From an uncultured virus (IMG/VR IMGVR_UViG_3300017963_000022) (lineage: Duplodnaviria > Heunggongvirae > Uroviricota > Caudoviricetes), in IMG/VR virus record IMGVR_UViG_3300017963_000022: a DNA stretch of 64,000 bases. One strand, 5' to 3'. The notes under the pieces are model-generated. The model saw nothing but the letters and a program-made list of their open reading frames with translations, was not told the origin of the DNA and did no database searches. Shown piece by piece: positions 44,842 through 53,963 of this stretch. The position numbers and the translations under genes were made by a program. The number at the start of each line of letters is the position of its first letter. The first letter of the stretch is position 1.

Positions 44842-44895
44842 ATTATACCTATTAAAACATATTTCTACAATTTTGTCAATAGTACTTAAGTACTA
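44842..44895 (-). promoter_or_regulatory. tmRNA promoter region with palindromic operator
   Basis: TTGACA at 44874-44879 abutting TAGTAC-TTAA-GTACTA (44880-44895); TATAAT at 44842-44847. Confidence 0.65.
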
Positions 44896-45573
44896 TCTAT
44901 ATAATCCTGCTGGAATAAGTTGCTTCATCATTCTGTCTGAAAGGTTAGTATCTACTGTAGCATTGAATAGCATACGTTTATCGTTCCAGTAATACCAACT
45001 TGCTAACATATAAGCAAGTTCTACACTAGGCTTACTTTGTTTCTGCCACCGTACCCCTTCACCAAAGTATCCACCTGGAACTTTGAAGTGATTGGGGTCT
45101 TCACCAACAGTTATGTGTCCTTTGCCTTTTACTTTTTGTATATAAGAATAGTCAGTAAAATGATCTAATCCAACACAATAAACTTCTTTAAAGCCCATAA
45201 AATAAGCAACCTGCATAGCTACGTAAGTAACTGTATGCCCTTGCCACATGGGTTGAGTAATATCTTTTTGGAAATAAGGTTCATTACCTCTCCAACGTAA
45301 GTTATAAATGTTGCCACCCTTTAACTTACCACCAGTAAAAATACCTTCTACTGGCAATCTCTTTATCTCTTTTCCAAATTGATCTATTACTAAGTCATCA
45401 ATTACACAGAAATATTCATACTCTAATCCTTCTTTGAGATAACCTCTGTTCATTCCTATAAGAATTTCTCCATCCAAAAAAGAAGTATCTACTAAGTCTA
45501 GAGAAGGGCCAGTACAAACTATCCATGCCCGTTCACCTAAATGCCTATTACGAAATTTATTTAGAGTAGCCAT
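44893..45573 (-). CDS. Maf/DUF115 (MptE-like), sialyltransferase-fold glycosyltransferase
   Basis: IVCTGPSL...IGMN...AYFMGFKEVYCVGLD. Confidence 0.75.
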   Translation of the reverse strand: MATLNKFRNRHLGERAWIVCTGPSLDLVDTSFLDGEILIGMNRGYLKEGLEYEYFCVIDDLVIDQFGKEIKRLPVEGIFTGGKLKGGNIYNLRWRGNEPYFQKDITQPMWQGHTVTYVAMQVAYFMGFKEVYCVGLDHFTDYSYIQKVKGKGHITVGEDPNHFKVPGGYFGEGVRWQKQSKPSVELAYMLASWYYWNDKRMLFNATVDTNLSDRMMKQLIPAGLYR

Positions 45574-46148
45574 ATAACCCCATTTGGTTGTTTCATTTCC
45601 AGTGCTCTAGTAAACCCTATTTGAGGATTAGCTAGATAATAAAGAACTCTATTAACTCCTTCATGTGCAAGAATAGCAATATTATTTGAGTAGGCTAAGT
45701 CTTTGATTTTATTTACAGCAAAGTTAACTCTATCTGCAAGGTCATAATAACTTTCGCCGTTTGGGAACTTGTGATAGGCTTTATTACTTACTCGTTGGTG
45801 AAGTATATCTGGAGGCACTTCGCTTTTTAGCTTCCCTTCATAATCTCCAAAGTAAATTTCCATAAGCTCACTTAGATAATAAGGAGGGTACAATAAACGA
45901 TGGTCGCAAATAGGCAAAGCAATTTCAAGTGTTGTCCGAACCCTAGAAAGAGGACTAGCATAGATCTCTTGTACTCCAAGTTGAGCTAATCGTCTTCCAA
46001 GAAGTCTTGCTTGATATACTCCTTTTTCAGTTAAAGGACTATCGCTTTGACCTTGATACCTTCCCTCTGTATTATATTTAGTCTCACCATGTCTACATAT
46101 AGCTATCATGTGTTTATTCCTTTCCAAACTAACTCTGCTAATTCCCAA
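45561..46148 (-). CDS. Histidine phosphatase (phosphoglycerate mutase family)
   Basis: RHGET, SPLSR, EIYFGDYEG, GES, AHEG. Confidence 0.9.
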   Translation of the reverse strand: MGISRVSLERNKHMIAICRHGETKYNTEGRYQGQSDSPLTEKGVYQARLLGRRLAQLGVQEIYASPLSRVRTTLEIALPICDHRLLYPPYYLSELMEIYFGDYEGKLKSEVPPDILHQRVSNKAYHKFPNGESYYDLADRVNFAVNKIKDLAYSNNIAILAHEGVNRVLYYLANPQIGFTRALEMKQPNGVIWLL

Positions 46149-46792
46149 TCACCAGGATTGTTAATATCAATTGCTTCTGTGGGAGTTAGTTTGACAAAAT
46201 TACTTTTGTCAAAAGCACTTCGTCTTCCAAATCTTTTTACATAAGAAGTTTTTACCATATACAATCCAGTAGTTTCTTTAATCATTGGAGCAATATCTTG
46301 ACTGTTCTTTATATTTCCTTGTTCATCAAGATAATTACATTTATTATTCATCCAGTAATATCCTTGCTCCACAGTAATGCCAATTAAAGAATACTTAACT
46401 TCCTTGTTAACAAAGCCCATCATTCCTTCAACAACTGTTTCCGGTTTTATAAATGGGGATGTAGGTACAAGCTGTACTAAAACATCTGCATTAGGATAGT
46501 TAGCTACCTGCCACTGAGCTAAATGATCTCCTGTAGCTTTGCTTGTAGCAAGCTGTGGTGGTCTCTCAATAACCTCTGCATTGAAGTAATGTTTAGCAAA
46601 TGCTCTAAATTGTGGAGAATCAGAATCCATAACTACTGTTACAGAGTGTCCAAGTCCTTCCATTATCCCTTTAACTTTTGTTGCTGTTTCCAAAGCATGA
46701 GCATATAAGGGTTGGTTGCCCAACACTTTCACATTCTTATGTGGTATACGTTCACTATGTTCTTTGGCGTGTACTGCTATTACGAAGTCCAT
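46106..46792 (-). CDS. neuA: CMP-nonulosonate cytidylyltransferase
   Basis: AKEHSERIPHKN...L, PTSPF, ETTGLY, IDIN..GDW. Confidence 0.85.
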   Translation of the reverse strand: MDFVIAVHAKEHSERIPHKNVKVLGNQPLYAHALETATKVKGIMEGLGHSVTVVMDSDSPQFRAFAKHYFNAEVIERPPQLATSKATGDHLAQWQVANYPNADVLVQLVPTSPFIKPETVVEGMMGFVNKEVKYSLIGITVEQGYYWMNNKCNYLDEQGNIKNSQDIAPMIKETTGLYMVKTSYVKRFGRRSAFDKSNFVKLTPTEAIDINNPGDWELAELVWKGINT

Positions 46793-47733
46793 TTACTTTC
46801 CTTTCCTAAATAATCATCACCGTAAGTTTGATTTACTAGAAAACTTTTTTCCATATCAGTCATACCAAACTGTACTTTACCTGCACCATGAGTTTCCAGA
46901 TACGCCTCATAATAAGGCTTGAAAGCAGGAAATCCTGCATGTTCAGCATGGTGAATAAGATGTTCAAACTCTTCTGGTGTAGAGGCACAATCAATATGAT
47001 GTACAAAAGAATGTCTTGATAAACAAAAATGTCTCTCAATCATTTCAGCCCCAAGATATAAAGCTGTCCAAGAAGCCATAAGTTCTTTAGCATGATCGGA
47101 ATATCCGATTTTAATTCTATTATCACCAAACTCTTTTTTCAACACGAGTATATTCCCAAGCCTAAGATTCTCTCTTTTAGTTGGGTACTCTGCTACACAA
47201 TGTAGTAACCATATTCGATCAAAGTCTCTAAAACAAAGGAGTGCATCTTCAATTTCTTCCAAAGTAGCTCCAGCAGTAGAAAGAACTATCTCTGTTGACA
47301 AAGGTATTTTATTATAAGCGTGAACTAGAAGTTCTGTGTTTCTAAGATTAGAAGAAGAGAATTTGATCTTTTCCATAGCAGGGTAATATCTTAAAAACCA
47401 ATCAAGTGAGGGAATGTCTTGAGCAGTTGCATACCATTTAATATTATTACGGTAACATTCATCATCAAAAATTCTGAATTGTTCTATGTCAAATTCAAAT
47501 ATTCTTCGATAGTCTTCATAGGTTTCTCCATAAGGAGATTTGTAAGACTTGTTTAGTTTCTCTTGTGTATAAAAACTAGCCACATCTTTCTTCTGCATCT
47601 TAATAAAAGTAGCTCCTGTTTGTTTGGCCTGTCTTACCATTTCTAAAGCAAGATTAAGATTACCCATATGATTAGTTGTAAACTCAGCTATAAACTCTAC
47701 ACTCATTTTACCACTCCAGTAAATACCTTCCAA
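46780..47733 (-). CDS. neuB: PEP-dependent nonulosonate synthase (start probably MSVEF)
   Basis: FIAEFTTNHMG...IKMQK, LSTAG, LHCVAEYP, GYSDH, GAEMIERHF. Confidence 0.9.
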   Translation of the reverse strand: MEGIYWSGKMSVEFIAEFTTNHMGNLNLALEMVRQAKQTGATFIKMQKKDVASFYTQEKLNKSYKSPYGETYEDYRRIFEFDIEQFRIFDDECYRNNIKWYATAQDIPSLDWFLRYYPAMEKIKFSSSNLRNTELLVHAYNKIPLSTEIVLSTAGATLEEIEDALLCFRDFDRIWLLHCVAEYPTKRENLRLGNILVLKKEFGDNRIKIGYSDHAKELMASWTALYLGAEMIERHFCLSRHSFVHHIDCASTPEEFEHLIHHAEHAGFPAFKPYYEAYLETHGAGKVQFGMTDMEKSFLVNQTYGDDYLGKESKWTS

Positions 47734-48302
47734 TTGTTTGATGCTCCAATCCAGTCAATACTTATTCCAGTATCACGTTGAAATCTTTTAAATGCTCTAA
47801 ATTCAGTTGCATAAAGGAAACCATCTTCTTCATTAAAGAACTCATCAAAACGAAGAACTACACCAGGAGTTAACTTCCCGTAATCAAAAAGAGTTTTCAA
47901 AACAAAATAGGTAGGTTTTTCTAAATCACAATCTACATTAACAAAAGCAATCTCTTCTGGATGAGCTTCTAAGAAAGGGACAAGCGTATCTTCAAAAAGA
48001 CCTACTACTAGCTCTATATTATCTGCAACTTTCGGTAGCTTATTTAAAGCAAATGCTCCTTTCACTAAGCGGTTAGTATAGTTTTCAGGAAGTCCTTTAA
48101 AACTATCAAAACCGTATACTTTCCTATCTGGAAAATGTCCAGCGTAAAAGTTGGTTGATCTTGCTAAATAGACTCCCATATCAAGAAGAATACCTTCTTT
48201 ATTTTGAATTGCAAAAATAGTACGGACATTCATATCCACATTTGAGCAGGAGGTAATCTTATTATTCCTAATAAAATTTGCTCGTGCTTTGTGTATTACC
48301 AT
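47703..48302 (-). CDS. TylF/MycF-like SAM O-methyltransferase
   Basis: MGV..A.S, GFDSFKGLPE, VGLFEDTL, AFVNVDCDL, FDE. Confidence 0.85.
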   Translation of the reverse strand: MVIHKARANFIRNNKITSCSNVDMNVRTIFAIQNKEGILLDMGVYLARSTNFYAGHFPDRKVYGFDSFKGLPENYTNRLVKGAFALNKLPKVADNIELVVGLFEDTLVPFLEAHPEEIAFVNVDCDLEKPTYFVLKTLFDYGKLTPGVVLRFDEFFNEEDGFLYATEFRAFKRFQRDTGISIDWIGASNNWKVFTGVVK

Positions 48303-48991
48303 CGTTCAAACTCCTCTGCTAATTCTGTTGCAGTTATAGGCTGTTCACCTAATGCTGGTGACAGTGCTTTTCTAATTACATCCTCATTATGTAGTCGGCT
48401 TTTTGCATACTCAATAACTTCTGGAATAAGTTCAGAAGTAAATCCAACTACCCCATCACGATCAGCAAATAAGAAAAATCCATTTTGTATAATAGTGTTA
48501 TTAACTGAAACATCTACACCAAAGTTTTGTATCTGCCATTTTCCATAAGCATCGTAAGGACAAGTACCTTGAGCAAACACAGGGTAACAAAGATCATCTA
48601 TAAAGTCTGCATCTCTAGTATGCCCATCAATAATTGTTCCTTTAGCTCCAGCATTTCTAGAAAGCCTTGCAGAAATATCTCCGAATTTAGCAACAAGAGG
48701 CTCTCCTAAATTACTGGCTTCCATCATATCTGTACTACTTCCAATAACTTGAATACATCCTACTGGCATTGCTTCCCACATCTCCATTCTGATGTTGTCA
48801 TCAATAACCTCTTTTCTATAGATGTACTTTCCCTCACAACCAAAAGCATACCCATAAATAGGAATACCGCTGTATCCTGCTGTTGGAAAAATATTTAACC
48901 AGTAGTTGTCATAGCCAATATCAAATTGCAAAATATCAGAAAGCAGCCCTGTATACAAGTAATCAAACATAATCAAACTATGCTCATCCAT
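48296..48991 (-). CDS. RraA / HMG-aldolase family protein
   Basis: LLSDIL, AKFGDI, GTIIDG.TRD, YPVFA, FADRDGVV. Confidence 0.8.
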   Translation of the reverse strand: MDEHSLIMFDYLYTGLLSDILQFDIGYDNYWLNIFPTAGYSGIPIYGYAFGCEGKYIYRKEVIDDNIRMEMWEAMPVGCIQVIGSSTDMMEASNLGEPLVAKFGDISARLSRNAGAKGTIIDGHTRDADFIDDLCYPVFAQGTCPYDAYGKWQIQNFGVDVSVNNTIIQNGFFLFADRDGVVGFTSELIPEVIEYAKSRLHNEDVIRKALSPALGEQPITATELAEEFERW

Positions 48992-49943
48992 TTCTTTTCT
49001 CCTTTAGTTCTTTTATAGAACGATTAATATCTGCTTTTTCTTTTACTTGTTGTCTTAAATCATGCACTCGTTGTTTCTGATATGTACCTACTTTATGAAG
49101 AAGTGTCTCTCGTTGAAGATCAAAGTTCAAAAAGTTAGGGTCAATAACAAACTCCTTTGGAAAAAACTGACTTACTCCATATGTATTCGGAGTAACTGCA
49201 AGACAACCATTAAAAAGAGCTTCATAAATATTTCGTCCTAAAGTTATACGATTAGAAAATTCCACGTAGACTTTCGAATCTCTAAGAAACTCATGAAACT
49301 TTTTCTCAGAACCAGAAGAAAATTTTGTATTATGTATTAACTCTATAGAGGTTTTATCCTTATAGTAATTATAAAATCTTCTGTTGTTTACGATACATAC
49401 AACCTTTAAAGATTTTTGAAGTTGCTCCAACATGTAAAGAGTGTATGTTCCGTTTCTAGCTATTGAGTCGATCACAGCAAATACATCAATTGACTTCTGG
49501 TTCTTGATTGGTCTTTCCCATTTTACATCATAAAGACCTAAATTGACAATAGTACGCTGGTACTGTTCCATTGGTAGATAGTTTATAGGAAGTTCCCATA
49601 TAAGATTATAAGGCGTTACCTTATTCCAAAATACCAACTTATCGTCAGGGTATCCACAAGTCTTGTCAAACCGTTCTAGATTGTTCATATATTGGTCAGC
49701 GTCAAATTCTACCCAAAAGGTTTTTGCATTTGACGCTACCCGTTCTAAATGATCTACCCATAGCGGCATGTATTCCTGCTTCCATACCATATGAAAGATA
49801 ACATGTTTGTTTTTCCAAAAGTTATCTCCTCTGTTACGAAGCTCATTATGTGGAACTACTTTAGCTTTTAGTTTCTGACGTAGTTGGTGTACAGGGTAAA
49901 ACCTGTCACCACCTTTATTCTTCGTTACTATTATCCAACTCAT
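48984..49943 (-). CDS. GT-B glycosyltransferase-like protein
   Basis: C-terminal FLRDSKVY...GRNIYEALFNGCLAVT. Confidence 0.6.
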   Translation of the reverse strand: MSWIIVTKNKGGDRFYPVHQLRQKLKAKVVPHNELRNRGDNFWKNKHVIFHMVWKQEYMPLWVDHLERVASNAKTFWVEFDADQYMNNLERFDKTCGYPDDKLVFWNKVTPYNLIWELPINYLPMEQYQRTIVNLGLYDVKWERPIKNQKSIDVFAVIDSIARNGTYTLYMLEQLQKSLKVVCIVNNRRFYNYYKDKTSIELIHNTKFSSGSEKKFHEFLRDSKVYVEFSNRITLGRNIYEALFNGCLAVTPNTYGVSQFFPKEFVIDPNFLNFDLQRETLLHKVGTYQKQRVHDLRQQVKEKADINRSIKELKEKRNG

Positions 49944-49944
49944 T

Positions 49945-51201
49945 TTATTCAGAAGTTAAAGGGGTTCCTCCCAAATCTCCAATGTACAGGCCAAGACCAT
50001 GTAAAATTGTTGGAGCTAAGTCCATACGATCTCCATCTCTGATAACAGCCGTATTATTAGTTGCTAACCATGTTTCATAAGAGTAATGGTGTACACTTGC
50101 ACCTTCATCAAAACCATGATCGGTAACAATATAAAGATCAGTATTATTATATATTCCTAGACTAATTAGTGCTTGGATAATATCACCAGTCCAAGTATCA
50201 GCCCGTTGAATATAGTCACCATATTGTACACTGTTCTCACCAGAGATATGCCCAATTACGTCAGGCTCTCTAAAAATAATAATCCCAACTAACCATTCAT
50301 CTTGATGGTCTGTGATATATTGAATGGCGAGATCTCTGATTTCTTCTCCTCTACGAATGGGTGGTTCATAAGTTCCATTGTGGTAAAAGTCAATGTTGTC
50401 AGACATATAACAATAGGGCTGTCCATCTGGTTCTGTACAAGGATTTGCACCACAATACGTTTGCTCTCCAATACACGCATCGCCAGTATGCTGTCCTTTA
50501 CCACTAATGAAGAAAGTATTTACAGCAAAATCTCCAAAAGCATTTTCGATCTTCTCGAAAATACTATAGCCTACTGGTAATGGATTATAGTCCCCATTGC
50601 CAAAAATTCCAGTATCTTCAGCACGGTATCCAGAGATAAGCTGACTCCATCCAGCCTTCGTATCGGTTGCTCCTGAAGTAATCAATGTATTTATCAACAC
50701 AGGCATACTTGGAAGTGTTTGCATGTTGTTACACTCTGGCAAAAGACCATTTAAACATTCATAAAGATGATCTCTTTGAGTGCCGTCCCATCCAATAATA
50801 AGAATATTCCTATGTTCAGAAGGTTCTTGTGTTGATGTTGGTGTAGGGGTTGGCCCAGGAGTAGGGGTTAATGTTGGTGTAGGAGTAGGGTCAAGACTTA
50901 CACAAACCCCATCCAAACAACCATTAGCACAAAGCTCCGACTTAGGCCAAGGTATTATCCCGTTGCAGTAAAACTCTTTTAAATTATCTGCATCCAAACA
51001 TACGTCAAACTTTTCATAAGGATAACCACTATTTCCAATACCTGAAACACTTCCAGAAATTAGTGGAGCTATCCCTCCATCAGAATCAAAACAACTTGGT
51101 TCTGTATCCGCTGTTACAACAGATGATTGTCCAGCAAAAATGGCAGTAGTACATATTGCAAATATAGTAATTGCCACTGTTAACATTGTTCTAAATTTCA
51201 T
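49945..51201 (-). CDS. Secreted alkaline-phosphatase-superfamily enzyme with Cys-rich CxDSDGG domain and PT linker
   Basis: Signal peptide; IIGWDG, EPDVIGH, VTDHG, DLAPTIL. Confidence 0.8.
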   Translation of the reverse strand: MKFRTMLTVAITIFAICTTAIFAGQSSVVTADTEPSCFDSDGGIAPLISGSVSGIGNSGYPYEKFDVCLDADNLKEFYCNGIIPWPKSELCANGCLDGVCVSLDPTPTPTLTPTPGPTPTPTSTQEPSEHRNILIIGWDGTQRDHLYECLNGLLPECNNMQTLPSMPVLINTLITSGATDTKAGWSQLISGYRAEDTGIFGNGDYNPLPVGYSIFEKIENAFGDFAVNTFFISGKGQHTGDACIGEQTYCGANPCTEPDGQPYCYMSDNIDFYHNGTYEPPIRRGEEIRDLAIQYITDHQDEWLVGIIIFREPDVIGHISGENSVQYGDYIQRADTWTGDIIQALISLGIYNNTDLYIVTDHGFDEGASVHHYSYETWLATNNTAVIRDGDRMDLAPTILHGLGLYIGDLGGTPLTSE

Positions 51202-51335
51202 TTACTCTTCCTTTTTCGGTGGGAATTTAGGAACATCTAGTTCCTCAAAATATTTTTGTTTTCTTTTTATACTACTTCTTATACCAATAAGAATAGCAAT
51301 ACCAAAACCAATAACAACTCCAGCACAGAGTTCCA

Positions 51336-52154
51336 TTATGTTTCCTTATCGAGTTCTGTTTGAACTCTTCTATAATACTCTTGGTATACTTCTTCAGTAA
51401 CTCGAATCATTTCTGGAGTAAACCAGTTCTTCCAATCACCTGTAACACCCTTTCGAGCGAAGGTGTTTTTACGATCTTCTTCTCCAGGCTTTCTACCAGT
51501 CATATTTTTAAATGAGTATTTTTCAATATATTCTACGACTCTATCAGCAATATATCCTATATCAAGGGCATCAAGGATTCTTGTGATCTCTTCATAAGTA
51601 TCTTCTTTTAGCCATTCATAGGTTGTCCAAACATAATTAGTTTTCAGATTAGTTGGCGACTTTGTACTAAATCCAGGAATCATATACTCTAACATTCGGT
51701 AATTAATTCTGTTATCTGTTGGGTCATCTACTACAGTATATTGTAAAGCTTCCAGTTCTGTTTCTCTTTTCTTTTCATTGAAACCATCGTGATAAGGATG
51801 ATAACGTTTGTGAAAAGAAAGAGATAATAACCTATCTCTAGGGTCACGAACAATACCTAAAAGTTTTATATCGCTTCCTAGTTCATGTATTAACTCTGTA
51901 GGCGTATTGCCATGAAGTTTTAAAATTTTACCCTTGTTCATTATTTCTTGATAAACAAGAATAGGGCTTTGTGTATCTTTAAATAAATTTATTTCTGGTG
52001 TAGGCTTTTGTCCTGTAAGCATATCCCCCAATAAATATCCTATCCAACGACTCCCTACCCTTTGTTCACTAGTTATCACTAGCATTACAAACTCCTTTAG
52101 TTTTGTACTCCCCATCTTTGGATGGGGAGTACTTGAAATGAGATTTCTTCTCAT
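51336..52154 (-). CDS. PAPS-dependent sulfotransferase
   Basis: QRVGSRW, RDPRDRLLS, YE.L, RKGVTGDWKNWF. Confidence 0.85.
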   Translation of the reverse strand: MRRNLISSTPHPKMGSTKLKEFVMLVITSEQRVGSRWIGYLLGDMLTGQKPTPEINLFKDTQSPILVYQEIMNKGKILKLHGNTPTELIHELGSDIKLLGIVRDPRDRLLSLSFHKRYHPYHDGFNEKKRETELEALQYTVVDDPTDNRINYRMLEYMIPGFSTKSPTNLKTNYVWTTYEWLKEDTYEEITRILDALDIGYIADRVVEYIEKYSFKNMTGRKPGEEDRKNTFARKGVTGDWKNWFTPEMIRVTEEVYQEYYRRVQTELDKET

Positions 52155-52157
52155 AAT

Positions 52158-52475
52158 TTACGCACGAGCTTTACGTGACCGTGCATATTCCTTTAGCGGT
52201 TTTAGTGAGTTGTTGTAGAATACTACTGTTAGTAGAGCTTGAAGCACTACTTGAACAACGTATTGCCAACTTAGTTCGATACCTGCATCCGGTGGTAAAA
52301 TACCTAACCAGACAAGCAGGGGTTGAACTCCCAATGGTAAAACTGCAAGCATGAATACATAGAACTTTTCAGAGAAATCAAACTCTTGATCTTTCTTGAA
52401 GAATCTAATAATCGCTTTGATTGCTTCCAGTATTAGCATAGCTACCGCAGGAACCGTAATAATAGGGTCGTTCAT
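52158..52475 (-). CDS. Small multi-TM protein, holin-like
   Basis: Three hydrophobic segments and a basic C-terminus. Confidence 0.55.
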   Translation of the reverse strand: MNDPIITVPAVAMLILEAIKAIIRFFKKDQEFDFSEKFYVFMLAVLPLGVQPLLVWLGILPPDAGIELSWQYVVQVVLQALLTVVFYNNSLKPLKEYARSRKARA

Positions 52476-53105
52476 TTATACCTCCATTTTGGTTTCCAAA
52501 AGTATACTTTCTAAAACCTTTCTGAGTTTATTTCTTAACTCGTCAAGGCTTCCACTGTTGTCGATGTGGAAATCGAAATCGTCTTTACCAAAAGTATCTA
52601 AAGAAGTTTCTGATACATCCTTATATGCAGAAGTCCCTTTTAGAATTTCTCGGTTAGGAGCAGAAATATAGAGTGTTTTCACTAAGTAAAGATCACTCAA
52701 TGATTCTTTTAAATAGTTGGCTTCATTTGGAAATCTCCAGTCATCTATAAACACAAAGTCATAAAGACAAGGATTACTTAAGATTCTTTGGACAGTTTGT
52801 TTTGCCCAAATAGCTATATCATAATTTCTTCCAGTATTTCCAACTTCTTGTAGAAGCCGTCTACCTTTTTTATCTTTAACTCCGTCCCAACCAAAACTTT
52901 CTTTTGCTGTGAACTTAACACCATAAGCAAAGTTCATTGTAACAAAGTCAAGAAAACCTAAACTGTCTACAAAAGAACTAAGTAATATAGAAGTCTCAGT
53001 CTTTCCCGTTCCAGCCTTTCCACCAATTAAAATAACAATTGGGTTATCTGCGAATCGCTCTTCCAACTTCTTCCTTTTCCTCCTCAGTAAGTGGAACAGC
53101 AACAA
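52476..53105 (-). CDS. Deoxynucleoside monophosphate kinase (start probably the TTG near 53066)
   Basis: GKAGTGK, FA..VK, GRRLLQEVG, DWRFPNE, SE.SLD. Confidence 0.85.
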   Translation of the reverse strand: MLLFHLLRRKRKKLEERFADNPIVILIGGKAGTGKTETSILLSSFVDSLGFLDFVTMNFAYGVKFTAKESFGWDGVKDKKGRRLLQEVGNTGRNYDIAIWAKQTVQRILSNPCLYDFVFIDDWRFPNEANYLKESLSDLYLVKTLYISAPNREILKGTSAYKDVSETSLDTFGKDDFDFHIDNSGSLDELRNKLRKVLESILLETKMEV

Positions 53106-53325
53106 AGCTACTTTCTGCTGTAACCACGTTACCTTCTAGCTCTGCTTCAGCAAACTGAAGTAGACGCTCAATTAGGTCAGCCTTAGTACCGTAGGAAGGT
53201 AGCTCAAATTCTTTGCAGAGTCGAATTAACTCTGTTCTTTTCTTGTCCATCAGAGATGCCTCTGTGAACTCATAATCATTCAAGAGTCCTTCAACTTCGG
53301 TTTCAAATTTTGTTTGAGATTCCAT
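53044..53325 (-). CDS. SAP-domain protein
   Basis: ELIRLCKEFELPSYGTKADLIERL. Confidence 0.75.
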   Translation of the reverse strand: MESQTKFETEVEGLLNDYEFTEASLMDKKRTELIRLCKEFELPSYGTKADLIERLLQFAEAELEGNVVTAESSFVAVPLTEEEKEEVGRAIRR

Positions 53326-53335
53326 TGAATCCTCC

Positions 53336-53572
53336 TTATCTATTTGAGTAGTATTCCTCTAGAATACCTTCCAGTACTTTAGGACTTACGTACTCATTCA
53401 TAACTAAAAATAGAAGTAAATACGAGAAACTACTCACAGCCATAGTAAACGCCCTGTCGCTAGTGTAAAAGAAACCGTCTTTAGATGAGAGTTTCTCGAT
53501 TACTAGATAGTCAATGCCTGGAATTTTTTTTATCTTTAGTCTACTATTTTGTATAGTCTTCGTATTTGACAT
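53336..53572 (-). CDS. Hypothetical protein
   Basis: AGGAG RBS. Confidence 0.6.
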   Translation of the reverse strand: MSNTKTIQNSRLKIKKIPGIDYLVIEKLSSKDGFFYTSDRAFTMAVSSFSYLLLFLVMNEYVSPKVLEGILEEYYSNR

Positions 53573-53594
53573 AACAAACTCCTATGCTTTACTT

Positions 53595-53963
53595 CTAGTT
53601 TACCATATTCTCAAGTTCTTTGGGTGCTGTAGGAAGGTTCCTAAAGTCCCCTTCACACAACTCAAAGAGATCAACAATCTCCATATTGAGTGCAATAGTA
53701 GCCGCTTCTAGAGTTTCCTCAGTAAGAGAAACTTCTAGTTTAAGTTCTTCCCCAAAGTCTTCTTCACCTTCATCCTGATATTGCTGAGTCAAAATTCCTT
53801 TGGCCTCCCATAATTTTAAATCAGGAAGAAATGTATATGATATTTGCGTACCATACCTAAATCCTGTAGAAGTCAACACTACTTCATTTTCCTTGTCTGT
53901 CACTTTATTTTCTCCTTTATACTGAACGTCTTGTCCACTTTCTATAAGGGTTGATACGTTCAT
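53595..53963 (-). CDS. Acidic hypothetical protein (start probably the internal GTG)
   Basis: ORF track. Confidence 0.6.
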   Translation of the reverse strand: MNVSTLIESGQDVQYKGENKVTDKENEVVLTSTGFRYGTQISYTFLPDLKLWEAKGILTQQYQDEGEEDFGEELKLEVSLTEETLEAATIALNMEIVDLFELCEGDFRNLPTAPKELENMVN

